DNA of 64,000 bases. Origin: Desulfovibrionaceae bacterium (GTDB lineage Bacteria; Desulfobacterota; Desulfovibrionia; Desulfovibrionales; Desulfovibrionaceae). The notes below the pieces were generated by a model. That model saw nothing but the letters and a program-made list of their open reading frames with translations, was not told the DNA's origin and did not search any database. The DNA lies in the NCBI GenBank assembly GCA_031082225.1, contig JAVHLG010000006.1:16467-80466 (forward strand). The letters are read 5' to 3'. Positions 26,530 to 35,989 of the stretch are shown here, piece by piece. Within the stretch, counting starts at the first letter, position 1; each line of letters starts with the position of its first letter. The translations under genes were made by a program, and so were the position numbers.

Positions 26530-27339
26530 ATGGGGACGTTTTCACATCAAGGGGCCACGTTCCAATCCGGCTGGCAGCGTGAGGAAGAAAAACGGGACAT
26601 GGGACACGACCGAGAGGAACGCCAACGCCGGATGGACGATCTCCTGCGCCTTTACGGTTCCGGGACGGGCCGGTTCTCCCGGCATTCCCCCCGCCTGCGC
26701 GCCCTGCGCAAAAAACTCATGTGGAACGCCGTCATCTGGTTCTCCCGGGCCATCAAGCGCGGCCTGGACATCGCTGGGGCCCTGGTCGGCCTGACGCTTT
26801 TCTCTCCGGTAATGGCCCTGGCCGCCCTTTTGATCCTCATGGAGGACGGTCGCCCGGTCATCTTCAGCCAGATCCGCGTCGGCAAACATGGTCGGACCTT
26901 CCGGATGTACAAGTTCCGGTCCATGGTCAAAAACGCCGAGGAGCTGCAAGAAGGCCTTGAAGCGGACAACGAAGCCGGGGATGTCCTGTTCAAGATCCGG
27001 CGCGATCCGCGCCTGACCCGGGTGGGAGCGGTGCTGCGCCGCTCCAGCATGGACGAACTGCCCCAGTTCGTAAACGTGCTGCTCGGGGACATGTCCCTGG
27101 TGGGGCCGCGGCCGCCGACCCCCGCGGAGGTGGCCAGATACGACTACGACGACCGCGTCCGCCTGCGTGTCGCCCCGGGCATCACCTGCCTGTGGCAGAT
27201 CAGCGGCCGCAGTCGGCTCACGTTCAAGGAACAGGTGGCCTTGGACCGGCAGTACGTGGAGAGCCAGTCCTTTTGGCAGGACGTGCTGATCCTCCTGCGC
27301 ACCATACCCGCAGTGCTCAGCGGCAAGGGGGCCTATTGA
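26530..27339 (+). CDS. Small (monotopic-type) phosphoglycosyl transferase of the bacterial sugar transferase family
   Basis: Motifs present are IKRGLDIAGALVGL, YKFRSM, the MDELPQFVNVLLGDMSLVGPRP signature and APGITCLWQISGR. Confidence 0.85.
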   Translation: MGTFSHQGATFQSGWQREEEKRDMGHDREERQRRMDDLLRLYGSGTGRFSRHSPRLRALRKKLMWNAVIWFSRAIKRGLDIAGALVGLTLFSPVMALAALLILMEDGRPVIFSQIRVGKHGRTFRMYKFRSMVKNAEELQEGLEADNEAGDVLFKIRRDPRLTRVGAVLRRSSMDELPQFVNVLLGDMSLVGPRPPTPAEVARYDYDDRVRLRVAPGITCLWQISGRSRLTFKEQVALDRQYVESQSFWQDVLILLRTIPAVLSGKGAY

Positions 27340-27444
27340 GACGCCGTGGCCACGACCGGTCCGGGAATCCGGACACCGCCGCCGCCCCCGCGACGCGCCC
27401 CGGCCCCCGACGACCCCGCCGCAGCCTCTGATCCGGACCATGCC

Positions 27445-28881
27445 ATGGACGCCGTCATCTTCACCGATACCCATGCCGACTTCCCCAGGGAGCTTCTGGC
27501 CCGCCGTCCTCCCGCCCTCATGCCCCTGGCCGGGGGCCCGGTCGCGGAACTCATGCTGGAAGGCCTGGCCCGGTCCGGGGCCCGCCGGGTGGTTTTCGTC
27601 GCCTCCGACACGCCATACCTCCTGGAGCGGCGGTTCGGGCACGGCGAACGCTTCGGCCTGGACATCCGCTACATCCTGCGCCGGGCCGTGGCCGGGATGC
27701 GGGAGGGGCTCGTCAAGGCCACCCCCCTCCTGGATCGGACCTTCCTGGTCTACGACCGGCTCCTGGTCACGGACATCGACCCCGGACCGGTCCTCGCCGC
27801 CCACCGGGAGGCGGGGGCCATGCTGACCGTGTGCGCGCCCCGGCCGGATCCTGCCGACCCTCCCGGTCCCGCCTTCCACGTCCTTGACCGCGACGCGGCC
27901 AAAGACATCCCGGCCGACTTCCAGGATCTTTCCGGATGGGCGGCGACCCTGCCCCGACACGCCGTGCACACCCTTCATCCGGCCGGGGTCTCGGTCGCCG
28001 TGGACGGCCTGCCCACCTATCACCGGGCCGTCCTGGCCTCCCTGGCCGGATTGCCGCCCTTTTCCCCAAGCCCCGGCGGCGTCGCCCTGGGGCGGCAGTG
28101 CGAGGTGCACCCCACGGCCCGGCTGGTTCCTCCGGTCAGCCTCGGCGATTTCACCTCCATCGGCCGGGAATGCGTCATCGGCCCCATGGCCCTGCTCGGG
28201 GAACGGTGCGTGGTGGACGCCCGGTCGGAGATCCTGCGCTCGGTGGTCTTTTCTGACGGCTATGTCGGCCGGGAGGTGACCCTGGACGGTCGCGTCGTGG
28301 ACCGGAACCTTTTGGTCTCGCCGGAAAACGGAACCGTGGTCCGCGTCCCGGACGCCTTCCTGCTTGGCGACGCCGCCGACCCGGGGCTGGCCCAGGCGGT
28401 CTCGCGTCTGCTCCAGCGGCTTCTGGCCCTGGCGGCCCTGATCCCGTCCTGTCTCGTCCTGCTGCCGGTCCTTCTCGTGCCGGGCTGGCGGCGACGCCTG
28501 ATCCGCCGGGAAGCTGCCGGGGAATACGTGCAACGCGACCTCAGGGGCGGCAAGGAACTCCGGCGGTTCCATATGCATGAACTGCGCGTGGTCAACCGAT
28601 TTCTGCGCCGCCTCCCGGCCTTGTGGGACGTGGCCGCCGGTCGGCTCAACCTGGTGGGCGTTGAGCCCTTGTCCCCCGAAGAGGCCGAATCCTGGCGCGG
28701 CTCCTGGGCCGACGACCGGTTCAAGCGGCCGCCGGGTCTGGTCACCCCCTGGCGGGCCATGACCTCCCGGGAACCGGAGAGCGACGAAAAACGCGTCATG
28801 GAGAACTACTATGTTCAGACTTGGTCACTGGGCGAGGACATGCGCATCCTCGTAAAAAACCTGTTTGTGCGGCGAGGCTGA
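27445..28881 (+). CDS. Fusion protein: NTP-transferase-like domain, left-handed beta-helix, TM segment, and a degenerate sugar-transferase-like domain
   Basis: I set the start at the ATG at 27445 (MDAVIFTD). LMPLAGGPVAELMLEGLARSGARRVVFV is nucleotidyltransferase-like. Hexapeptide-like repeats occupy about aa 250-320. The C-terminal RFLRRLPALWDVAAGRLNLVGVEP and PPGLVTPW align with the PGT signatures, but DE(L/M)PQ is replaced by RRLPA. Confidence 0.65.
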   Translation: MDAVIFTDTHADFPRELLARRPPALMPLAGGPVAELMLEGLARSGARRVVFVASDTPYLLERRFGHGERFGLDIRYILRRAVAGMREGLVKATPLLDRTFLVYDRLLVTDIDPGPVLAAHREAGAMLTVCAPRPDPADPPGPAFHVLDRDAAKDIPADFQDLSGWAATLPRHAVHTLHPAGVSVAVDGLPTYHRAVLASLAGLPPFSPSPGGVALGRQCEVHPTARLVPPVSLGDFTSIGRECVIGPMALLGERCVVDARSEILRSVVFSDGYVGREVTLDGRVVDRNLLVSPENGTVVRVPDAFLLGDAADPGLAQAVSRLLQRLLALAALIPSCLVLLPVLLVPGWRRRLIRREAAGEYVQRDLRGGKELRRFHMHELRVVNRFLRRLPALWDVAAGRLNLVGVEPLSPEEAESWRGSWADDRFKRPPGLVTPWRAMTSREPESDEKRVMENYYVQTWSLGEDMRILVKNLFVRRG

Positions 28882-28949
28882 CGGCGGCCGACGTCTTGTG
28901 CGGACCCTGGCGCGCATGGCTGTTTGTTTTCCGGGCCGTTGCTGGTAGC

Positions 28950-30200
28950 ATGCGGCGAAAACACGGCAACCCTCCACCGGAGGCATGGATGGATTTTCGC
29001 CACCTGTACCTGGATATCCTCGACGGCCTGGGGGCCTCCCTGCTGCTGACCGACCCGGACTCCCTGCGCATCGTCTGGTCCAACGCCACGGCCGAAAACC
29101 TGCTCCGCGCCCCGGCCGGGGGGCTGGCAGGCCGGGACCGGGCCGCCATCCGCCTGGCGCGCGAGGAGACCCCGGACACGCCCCTGCCCTGGCCGCCCTC
29201 CGAGGACCGCATCCGGGACATCCCGGTTCTTCTGGCCCGGGACGACGCCACCCTGGTTCCCGTGTCCTGGCACCTCATGCCCTTGCGGCACGACGGAAAA
29301 GCCTTCATCGGCGAGGTTTTCTTCGACATCGCCGCCCGCCGCGTCCGGCAACTCCGACAAGGCATGGCCAAACGGCTGGAGGCCATCGGCGGACTGGCCG
29401 CGGGCATCGCCCACGAGATCAACACCCCCGTGCAGTACATCGGCGACAGCATGACCTTTCTCGCGGAGGCCGGAGAGGACATGGACCGCCTGTTCGACCT
29501 GTACCGGGAACTGGAGCGGACCGCCCCGGACACCCCCGGTCTGCGGGACGTCCGGGACCGCATCCGGCGCACCGCTGCGGAGATCGACGCGGCCTTCCTG
29601 CTGGAGGAGATCCCCCGGGCCCGGGCCCGGATCACGGAAGGCGTGACCCGGATCACGGACATCGTGCTGGCCATGAAGCGCTTCGCCCATCCCGGCGGGG
29701 AGGAAAAACGCCTCGTGGATCTCAACAGGGCCCTTGAGGACACCATCACCGTGACCCGCAACGAATGGAAATACGCGGCCAGGCTGGAAACCGACCTGGA
29801 CCGGGGGCTGCCCCTGGTTCCGGCCCACGCCGGGGACTTGAGCCAGGTCTTTCTCAACCTCGTGGTCAACGCCGCCCAGGCCGTGGCCGAGGCCGTGGGC
29901 GACTCCGGGGAAAAGGGGTCGATCCGGGTGAAAACCAGGCTTTCCGGAGACCGGGCGGTGGTGTGCGTATCGGACACGGGCCCAGGCGTGCCCCAGGCCC
30001 TGCAGGAGACCATCTTCGATCCCTTTTTCACCACCAAGGAGGTGGGAAAGGGCACGGGGCAGGGTCTGGCCCTGGTCCACGACATCGTGGTCAACAAGCA
30101 CGGCGGAACTGTCCGCCTGGAATCCAGCCCGGGACAAGGGGCGACCTTCACCGTCGAGCTGCCCCTCGCCGCCCGGGAAACCCACCCGGAAGCCACATGA
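28950..30200 (+). CDS. PAS-type sensor histidine kinase (cytoplasmic)
   Basis: The H-box is GLAAGIAHEINTPVQYI, the N-box is VFLNLVVNAAQA and the G-boxes are DTGPGV and GTGQGLALV. The start could be the ATG at 28950 or at 28989. Confidence 0.85.
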   Translation: MRRKHGNPPPEAWMDFRHLYLDILDGLGASLLLTDPDSLRIVWSNATAENLLRAPAGGLAGRDRAAIRLAREETPDTPLPWPPSEDRIRDIPVLLARDDATLVPVSWHLMPLRHDGKAFIGEVFFDIAARRVRQLRQGMAKRLEAIGGLAAGIAHEINTPVQYIGDSMTFLAEAGEDMDRLFDLYRELERTAPDTPGLRDVRDRIRRTAAEIDAAFLLEEIPRARARITEGVTRITDIVLAMKRFAHPGGEEKRLVDLNRALEDTITVTRNEWKYAARLETDLDRGLPLVPAHAGDLSQVFLNLVVNAAQAVAEAVGDSGEKGSIRVKTRLSGDRAVVCVSDTGPGVPQALQETIFDPFFTTKEVGKGTGQGLALVHDIVVNKHGGTVRLESSPGQGATFTVELPLAARETHPEAT

Positions 30201-31450
30201 ACAGCATCCTCTACGCGGACAGCGAGCCCCTTGCCGTGCGGGCCCTGGGCGCGGCCCTGCACCGCCACCGGGACCGGTTCCGCATCGTGGCCGCCGACAG
30301 CGGCGCGGCGGCCCTGGGCCTCATGGAACAGGAACCCTTCGACATCATCATGGCCGACATCCGCCTTGCGGACATGCGCGGGGAACAACTGCTCCAGGCC
30401 GCGCGCGAGCGCCAGCCCCAGGCCGTGCGCATCATCCTGACCGGCTCTCCGGACCAGGAGCAGGCCATGCGCACGGTCAAGGTGGCCCACCAGTTTTTGA
30501 CCAAGCCCTGCCCTCCGGAGACCATCAGCGCCGCCATCCTGCGCTGCCTGCGCCTGCGCAAGGTCTTCCTCAACGAACACACGGCCCGGGTCATCGCCGC
30601 CGTGGACGTCCTGCCCGCCCTGCCCGACATCTACCTGCGCCTGACCCACGAACTGGCCAAGGAATATCCCTCCATCAACGCCGTGGCCGGGCTGGTGGGC
30701 AGCGACGTGAGCATGACCGCAAGCCTGCTCAAGCTGGTCAATTCCACGTTTTTCGGCCTCTATGAGCGCATATCCAGCCCCAAACGGGCCATCGCCCTGC
30801 TTGGCATGGACATCGTCAAGGGCGTGGTCCTGGGCATGAAGCTCTTCCAGAGCTTCAACATGATCCGCTTCAAGGACTTCTCCCTGTCCCAGTTGCAGGA
30901 GCACAGCACCCGCTGCTGTTTTTTCGCCAGAAGCATCGCCGAGATGGAGGGCCTTGGCCCTGGGGACCGGGACACGGCCTTTCTGGCGGGACTGCTCCAC
31001 GACATCGGCAAGCTCCTTCTGGCCAGCAGTTTCACGGATAAGTACCTGGAGGTTCTGCAAACATCCCAGCGGGAGAACATCCCCCTGACCAACGCAGAAC
31101 TGGACGTCCTGGGATATACCCACGCCGAGATCGGGGCCTACCTGCTGGGCCTGTGGGGATTTTCCGACGACCTTGTGGAGGCCGTCTACGCCCACCACGA
31201 CATGTCCCGGTCCTCCGAGGGCCTGACCCCCGGGGTCATCGTGCACGCCGCCAACAGCCTCGACCACGAACTGTTCATCTTCCACGGCGACTACGCCCTG
31301 CATCCGCCGGACATGTTCTGGCTTGACCGCAACGACCTTTTGGCGCGCTACAAGGCCTGGCGTCTGGCCTGCATGGAGGTCGCCGACCGCGATCCGGCCA
31401 ACCTGCGCCGGGGCATGGCCCTGGCCGCAACCATTGAGGAACGGGCATGA
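30197..31450 (+). CDS. Response regulator with an HDOD output domain
   Basis: The start has an ATGA overlap with the kinase stop. The receiver Asp is in FDIIMADIRLADMRG. The HDOD region is LPALPDIYLRL...LLKLVNSTFFGL...GLLHDIGKL. Confidence 0.85.
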   Translation: MNSILYADSEPLAVRALGAALHRHRDRFRIVAADSGAAALGLMEQEPFDIIMADIRLADMRGEQLLQAARERQPQAVRIILTGSPDQEQAMRTVKVAHQFLTKPCPPETISAAILRCLRLRKVFLNEHTARVIAAVDVLPALPDIYLRLTHELAKEYPSINAVAGLVGSDVSMTASLLKLVNSTFFGLYERISSPKRAIALLGMDIVKGVVLGMKLFQSFNMIRFKDFSLSQLQEHSTRCCFFARSIAEMEGLGPGDRDTAFLAGLLHDIGKLLLASSFTDKYLEVLQTSQRENIPLTNAELDVLGYTHAEIGAYLLGLWGFSDDLVEAVYAHHDMSRSSEGLTPGVIVHAANSLDHELFIFHGDYALHPPDMFWLDRNDLLARYKAWRLACMEVADRDPANLRRGMALAATIEERA

Positions 31451-32616
31451 GGCCGCGCATCCTGTTCGTGGACGACGACCCCAACATCCTGGACTCCTTC
31501 CGGGCCAGCCTGCGTCGGCACTTCAACCTGGACACGGCCGAAGGCCCGCTGCGGGGGCTGGAGATGGTCCGCTCCTGCGGCCCCTACGAGGTGGTGGTCT
31601 CGGATCTGCGCATGCCGGACATGGACGGGGTGCGCTTTTTGAGCGAGGTGGCCACGATCCTGCCCGATGCGGCCCGCATCATGCTCACGGGCCACGCCGA
31701 CCTTGAGGCCTCCATGAACGCGGTCAACGAGGGCCGCATCTTCCGCTTTCTGACCAAGCCCGCCGCCACCGCCGCCCTGATCAAGAGCCTGGACGCAGGC
31801 GTGGCCCAGTACCGCCTGGTGACCGCCGTCAAGGAGAAGCAGCGGCAGCTCGAACGCGATCTGGAGGCAGCCGCCTACGTACAGCGCCGCTTCCTGCCCC
31901 AGACGCCGCCGGACGTCCCCGGCCTGTCCGTGGCCTGGAGGTTCATGCCCTGCGCCGAGCTCGGCGGAGACATGTTCCACGTTTTCGTCCTGTCGCCGGG
32001 AAGCCTCGGATTGTACATGCTCGACGTCAGCGGCCACGGCGCGCCCTCGGCCCTGGTGGCCGTTTCCCTGTCCCAACTGCTCATGCCCCAGTCGGGCTAT
32101 CTGGTGCGCCAAGGGGCGATCATCCCCCCGGGGGAGGTGCTTGCGGCCCTGGATCGGGATTTCCCCATGGAGCGCTTCGAAAAGCACTTCACCATCTTCT
32201 ACGGGGTGCTCGATCTGGCTTCGGGGCGGCTGCGCTACAGCGGGGCCGGGCACAATCCGCCCCTGGTCCTACGGGCCGACGGCGGCCTGGAGCGTCTGAG
32301 CCGGGGCGGCCCCATGATCGGCCTGGGCTTTCCCGCCGCCTTCGACGAGGGAACGGTCACCCTCAACACCGCCGACAAGCTCCTGGTATACACCGACGGG
32401 CTGATCCAGTATCAGGCGGCGGACGGCGGCATGTTCTCCCAGGGACGGCTGGAGGCCTGCGCCCTGGACCGTCGGGAACTGCCTCCCGAACGGCTGGTCG
32501 AGGCGCTTGTCGCGGCCATGCTCGAATTCGGCGGCCATGCTTTGCCCATGGACGACGTCAGCCTCCTGTGCCTGGAGATGGCCCGGCCCGGGGGCACGGA
32601 AACGCGCCGATCCTGA
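31447..32616 (+). CDS. Response regulator with a PP2C/SpoIIE-type Ser phosphatase domain (RsbU-like)
   Basis: The start overlaps the upstream stop. The receiver Asp is in YEVVVSDLRMPDMDG. The phosphatase motifs are GGDMFHVF, MLDVSGHG, SGAGHNPP and VYTDGL. Confidence 0.85.
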   Translation: MRPRILFVDDDPNILDSFRASLRRHFNLDTAEGPLRGLEMVRSCGPYEVVVSDLRMPDMDGVRFLSEVATILPDAARIMLTGHADLEASMNAVNEGRIFRFLTKPAATAALIKSLDAGVAQYRLVTAVKEKQRQLERDLEAAAYVQRRFLPQTPPDVPGLSVAWRFMPCAELGGDMFHVFVLSPGSLGLYMLDVSGHGAPSALVAVSLSQLLMPQSGYLVRQGAIIPPGEVLAALDRDFPMERFEKHFTIFYGVLDLASGRLRYSGAGHNPPLVLRADGGLERLSRGGPMIGLGFPAAFDEGTVTLNTADKLLVYTDGLIQYQAADGGMFSQGRLEACALDRRELPPERLVEALVAAMLEFGGHALPMDDVSLLCLEMARPGGTETRRS

Positions 32617-32730
32617 CGGGACAGGGGCAGACGCCTTTTTCTTTTCTTTTCTTTCCTGTATAAAGTGTCGTTCCCGGCGGTGGGTGCGCCAGATTCCGCC
32701 CCGCCTCACTTGTGCCCGGCAAGGTGCCCC

Positions 32731-33546
32731 ATGGCGAAAAAAAACGGCCTGAAAACCACGGAACGGCTGCTCGGCATCATCAAAAACGGCGGCAACGGGC
32801 AGGATCAACGCCTGTTCCGCATCGTGCAAAACAAGGACATGGCCTCCGACTCCACGGTCCTTGGACGCAACAACCGCCATTTCTGCGAGATCTCCTTTTC
32901 CGAGCAGGCCATGCCCAGGGTCCGGGCCCAACTCGACGCCATCTGGAGCAACATCCTCCTCAGCCAGGGCGCCCCTCCCCACAGCGTCCTTCTGACCTCC
33001 GCGTCGAAAGGCGAGGGCGTCACGTATGTTTCCGAGCGCCTAAGCCTGTATCTGGCCACGGCCTACAACCACAACGTCCTCTACGTGAACGTGGCCAACC
33101 AGATTTTGGCCCCCAACGCCCCGCCGTGCCCGTCTGCCGAGGAGGTCGTGGCCTGCCTGACCTCAGGCCGGGGAATCGACGATCTGGTGGCGGCCTCGTC
33201 AACGCCCGGCCTGTGGGTGCTCAATCTCGGCATCACCGAGGGCCAGCACGCCCTGCCCTGGCTGTTGCCGGAAAAAGACGTGCTGGGAAGCCTCCTGCGC
33301 CAGACCCGGGAACGTTTCGACGTGGTGGTGTTCGACGCCCAGTCCGTATTAAGCGCCCCCTGGACGGCCACCATGGCCAAGCCCCTGGATGTGAATCTTC
33401 TCGTATGCCGCTTTGCCGTCACCCGGCGCGAGGTCTTAAACACCCTTTTGGACGCCTTCCGGGCCGCCGGCGTCGCCCCCCAGGGGGTCATCCTCAACGC
33501 CCGGCGTTACAGCGTGCCGCAATTTTTCTATAAACTGCTGAAATAG
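32731..33546 (+). CDS. BY-kinase-like (CpsD/Wzc C-domain-like) P-loop protein with a degenerate Walker A
   Basis: I set the start at the ATG at 32731 (MAKKNGLK). VLLTSASKGEGVTYVSERLS aligns with the TSxxxGEGK[ST] Walker A, but the Lys is replaced by Val. FDVVVFDAQS is a Walker A'-like motif. No C-terminal Tyr cluster is present. Confidence 0.6.
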   Translation: MAKKNGLKTTERLLGIIKNGGNGQDQRLFRIVQNKDMASDSTVLGRNNRHFCEISFSEQAMPRVRAQLDAIWSNILLSQGAPPHSVLLTSASKGEGVTYVSERLSLYLATAYNHNVLYVNVANQILAPNAPPCPSAEEVVACLTSGRGIDDLVAASSTPGLWVLNLGITEGQHALPWLLPEKDVLGSLLRQTRERFDVVVFDAQSVLSAPWTATMAKPLDVNLLVCRFAVTRREVLNTLLDAFRAAGVAPQGVILNARRYSVPQFFYKLLK

Positions 33547-33562
33547 CCCCCCAGGATCGTGG

Positions 33563-34750
33563 ATGATGGCCGCACGCGTCGTTTTGCATGTGATCGACGC
33601 CCTCAACGTCGGCGGCGCCCAGGAACTGGTGCTGCTCCTGGCCCGGCACGCACCGCCCGGACAACGGACCGTGGTCTGCGTGCTGCAGCCCGATCTGGCC
33701 ATGCGGGAACGCCTTGCAGCGGCCGGGGCCGAGGTGACGGCCCTGAACCGGGCCCGGCCGTCCATCCTGTCCCCCCTGCGCTTTCTGGCCTATTTCCTTT
33801 GCGGGGTGCGCGACGTGGCGCGCCTGTGCCGACGACTGGGGGCGGGCGCGGTGCACTGCCACCTGGGGGACGCCGAGATCATCGGCATCCTGGCCGGGAG
33901 GCTGGCCGGGGTCCGCACGACCCTGGTCACCGTCCACAACCCCATCCTGTTCCAGAAGCGCCGCACGGGCGACCCCCGCAACTTCCTGCACCGGGCCTCC
34001 CTCACCATTCTGTACCGCCTGGCCTGGCGGGTGGTGGCCGTATCCCGGCAGACCGAAAGGGTGCTGCAGCGGGAGTTGGGACTTACGCCGCCGCGGCTGG
34101 TCTGCATCCGAAACGGCGTGGACGTGGCCCGCCTCGAGGCCGCCGTCCGCTCCGAGGCGCTGCGCCGGGACTGCGGCGCGGGGCCGGACGATTTTCTGAT
34201 CATCAATATCGGCCGCCTGGAAGACCAGAAACGCCAGGACGTGCTCCTCGCTGCCATGGCCATCCTGTCCCGGGAATGCCCCCGGGCCCGCCTGTGCATC
34301 GCCGGGACCGGCAGCCTGGAACATGCCCTGGCCCGCCAGGCAAAGGAGCTTGGCGTCGCCGACCGGGTTCGCCTGCTTGGGGAGCGAAGCGACATTCCCG
34401 AACTGCTTGGCGCGGCGGACATGGTGGCCGTGGCCTCGGTCTGGGAGGGCACCTCCCTGTCGCTCATGGAATCCATGGCCGCAGCCAGACCCATCGTGGC
34501 CACGGACATCCCGGGGAACCGGGAGCTGCTCGACCCGGGGCAGGCCCTGCTGGTCCCGGCGGGCGACGTCCGGGCCATGGCCCGGGCCATGGCCGAACTG
34601 GCCGCCGATCCGGCCATGGGCCGGACCCTGGGACAGGCCGCCCGGGAAAAGGCCCGGCGGGTTTTCGACATCCGCATCGTGGCCGCGGCCTACCAGGCCC
34701 TGTGGGACAAAGACGCCAGGGGCGATCCTCCCGCCTGCGCCGCCGGTTGA
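33563..34750 (+). CDS. Glycosyltransferase family 4
   Basis: The N-terminus is VLHVIDALNVGGAQELV and the E-x7-E region is EGTSLSLMESMAAARPIVATDIPGNRELL. Confidence 0.85.
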   Translation: MMAARVVLHVIDALNVGGAQELVLLLARHAPPGQRTVVCVLQPDLAMRERLAAAGAEVTALNRARPSILSPLRFLAYFLCGVRDVARLCRRLGAGAVHCHLGDAEIIGILAGRLAGVRTTLVTVHNPILFQKRRTGDPRNFLHRASLTILYRLAWRVVAVSRQTERVLQRELGLTPPRLVCIRNGVDVARLEAAVRSEALRRDCGAGPDDFLIINIGRLEDQKRQDVLLAAMAILSRECPRARLCIAGTGSLEHALARQAKELGVADRVRLLGERSDIPELLGAADMVAVASVWEGTSLSLMESMAAARPIVATDIPGNRELLDPGQALLVPAGDVRAMARAMAELAADPAMGRTLGQAAREKARRVFDIRIVAAAYQALWDKDARGDPPACAAG

Positions 34751-34813
34751 CGCGGCGTCCGGGCGCGACGCCAAAACCGGGGCACGGCGCGCCCCCCAGC
34801 CCAGGAAAGGCAC

Positions 34814-35989
34814 GTGAGCCATCGCGAAAAAACCAACCGCCGCATCGCCGTGACCGGAACCCGGGGCATCCCCGCCACCTGGGGGGGCGTCGAGCGCCAG
34901 TGCGAGGAGTTGTATTCCCGCCTGGCGGCCATGGGCTTCGACATCCTCCTCTACGCCCGCCGGGACTACGTGGGCGGCGAGGTGGCCAGCCACCGGGGGG
35001 TCGCCGTCAAGACCCTGCCCGCGCCGCGCTCCACCCACCTGGAGGCCCTGGTCCACACCTTTTTGTCCGTGCTGCACATGGCCTTCGTCTCCCGGCCGCG
35101 CATCGTGCACGTCTATTCCCAGGGGCCGTGCCTGCTTCTGCCCCTGGTCCGGCTGCTTCTGCCCCGGGCCACGATCTTTTTTACCTGCGGCGGCCTGGAC
35201 TGGCAGCGGCGCAAATGGTCCCGGGCGGCCGCCCTGGCCCTGCGCCTGGGCGAATGGTTCTCGGCGAGGCTGACGGACGTGCGGATCATGGTTTCAAACG
35301 ACCTGGCCCGGTCCTACCGGGAGCGCTTCCACTGCGCCTGCGAGGTCATCCACAACGGGGTCAGCCTCCCGGGCAAGGCCGACGCCACCCCCCTGGCGGC
35401 CATGGGCTTGGCCCCGGGCGGCTACGCCCTGTCCGTGGGGCGGCTGACCCCGGAAAAACGGGTGGAGGACATGGTGGCCGCCGCGTGTCGCACCACCACC
35501 CCGGTCCGGCTGGCCGTGACCGGGGACGACGCCTCGGGGTCGGGATATCTGGAGCGTCTGCGCCTTTTGGCCGCCGGACGGCCGGAGGTGGCGTTCACCG
35601 GCTACCGGTTCGACGCGGACCTGGCCGCCCTGTTCACCGGGGCCATGGCCTTCGTCACCGCATCGGAACTGGAGGGCCTGCCCCTGACGCTGCTTGAGGC
35701 CATGTCCTACGGCATCCCGTGCCTGGCCAGCGACATCCCGCCCCACCGGGAGGTTCTGGGCGACGACCATCCCTGGTTCTTCCCCGTCGGGGATGTTACG
35801 ATGCTGGCCGCCCTTCTGGATACGGCCGCCGCCTCGCCGGGCCTTCGGGCAAAACTCGGCGAACGGGGCCGCAGACGGGTGGCCGGACAGTTCAGTTGGG
35901 ACAAGGCCGCCGCCGCCGTGGCCGCCCTCTATGACCGGGCCCTGGACCGGACGGTCCCGGGCCGGAACCGCCCCAAGGAGCGCCCATGA
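34814..35989 (+). CDS. Glycosyltransferase family 4
   Basis: The start is a GTG with AGGAAAGG upstream. Motifs are IAVTGTRGIPATWGGVERQCEEL and SELEGLPLTLLEAMSYGIPCLASDIPPHREVL. Confidence 0.85.
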   Translation: MSHREKTNRRIAVTGTRGIPATWGGVERQCEELYSRLAAMGFDILLYARRDYVGGEVASHRGVAVKTLPAPRSTHLEALVHTFLSVLHMAFVSRPRIVHVYSQGPCLLLPLVRLLLPRATIFFTCGGLDWQRRKWSRAAALALRLGEWFSARLTDVRIMVSNDLARSYRERFHCACEVIHNGVSLPGKADATPLAAMGLAPGGYALSVGRLTPEKRVEDMVAAACRTTTPVRLAVTGDDASGSGYLERLRLLAAGRPEVAFTGYRFDADLAALFTGAMAFVTASELEGLPLTLLEAMSYGIPCLASDIPPHREVLGDDHPWFFPVGDVTMLAALLDTAAASPGLRAKLGERGRRRVAGQFSWDKAAAAVAALYDRALDRTVPGRNRPKERP

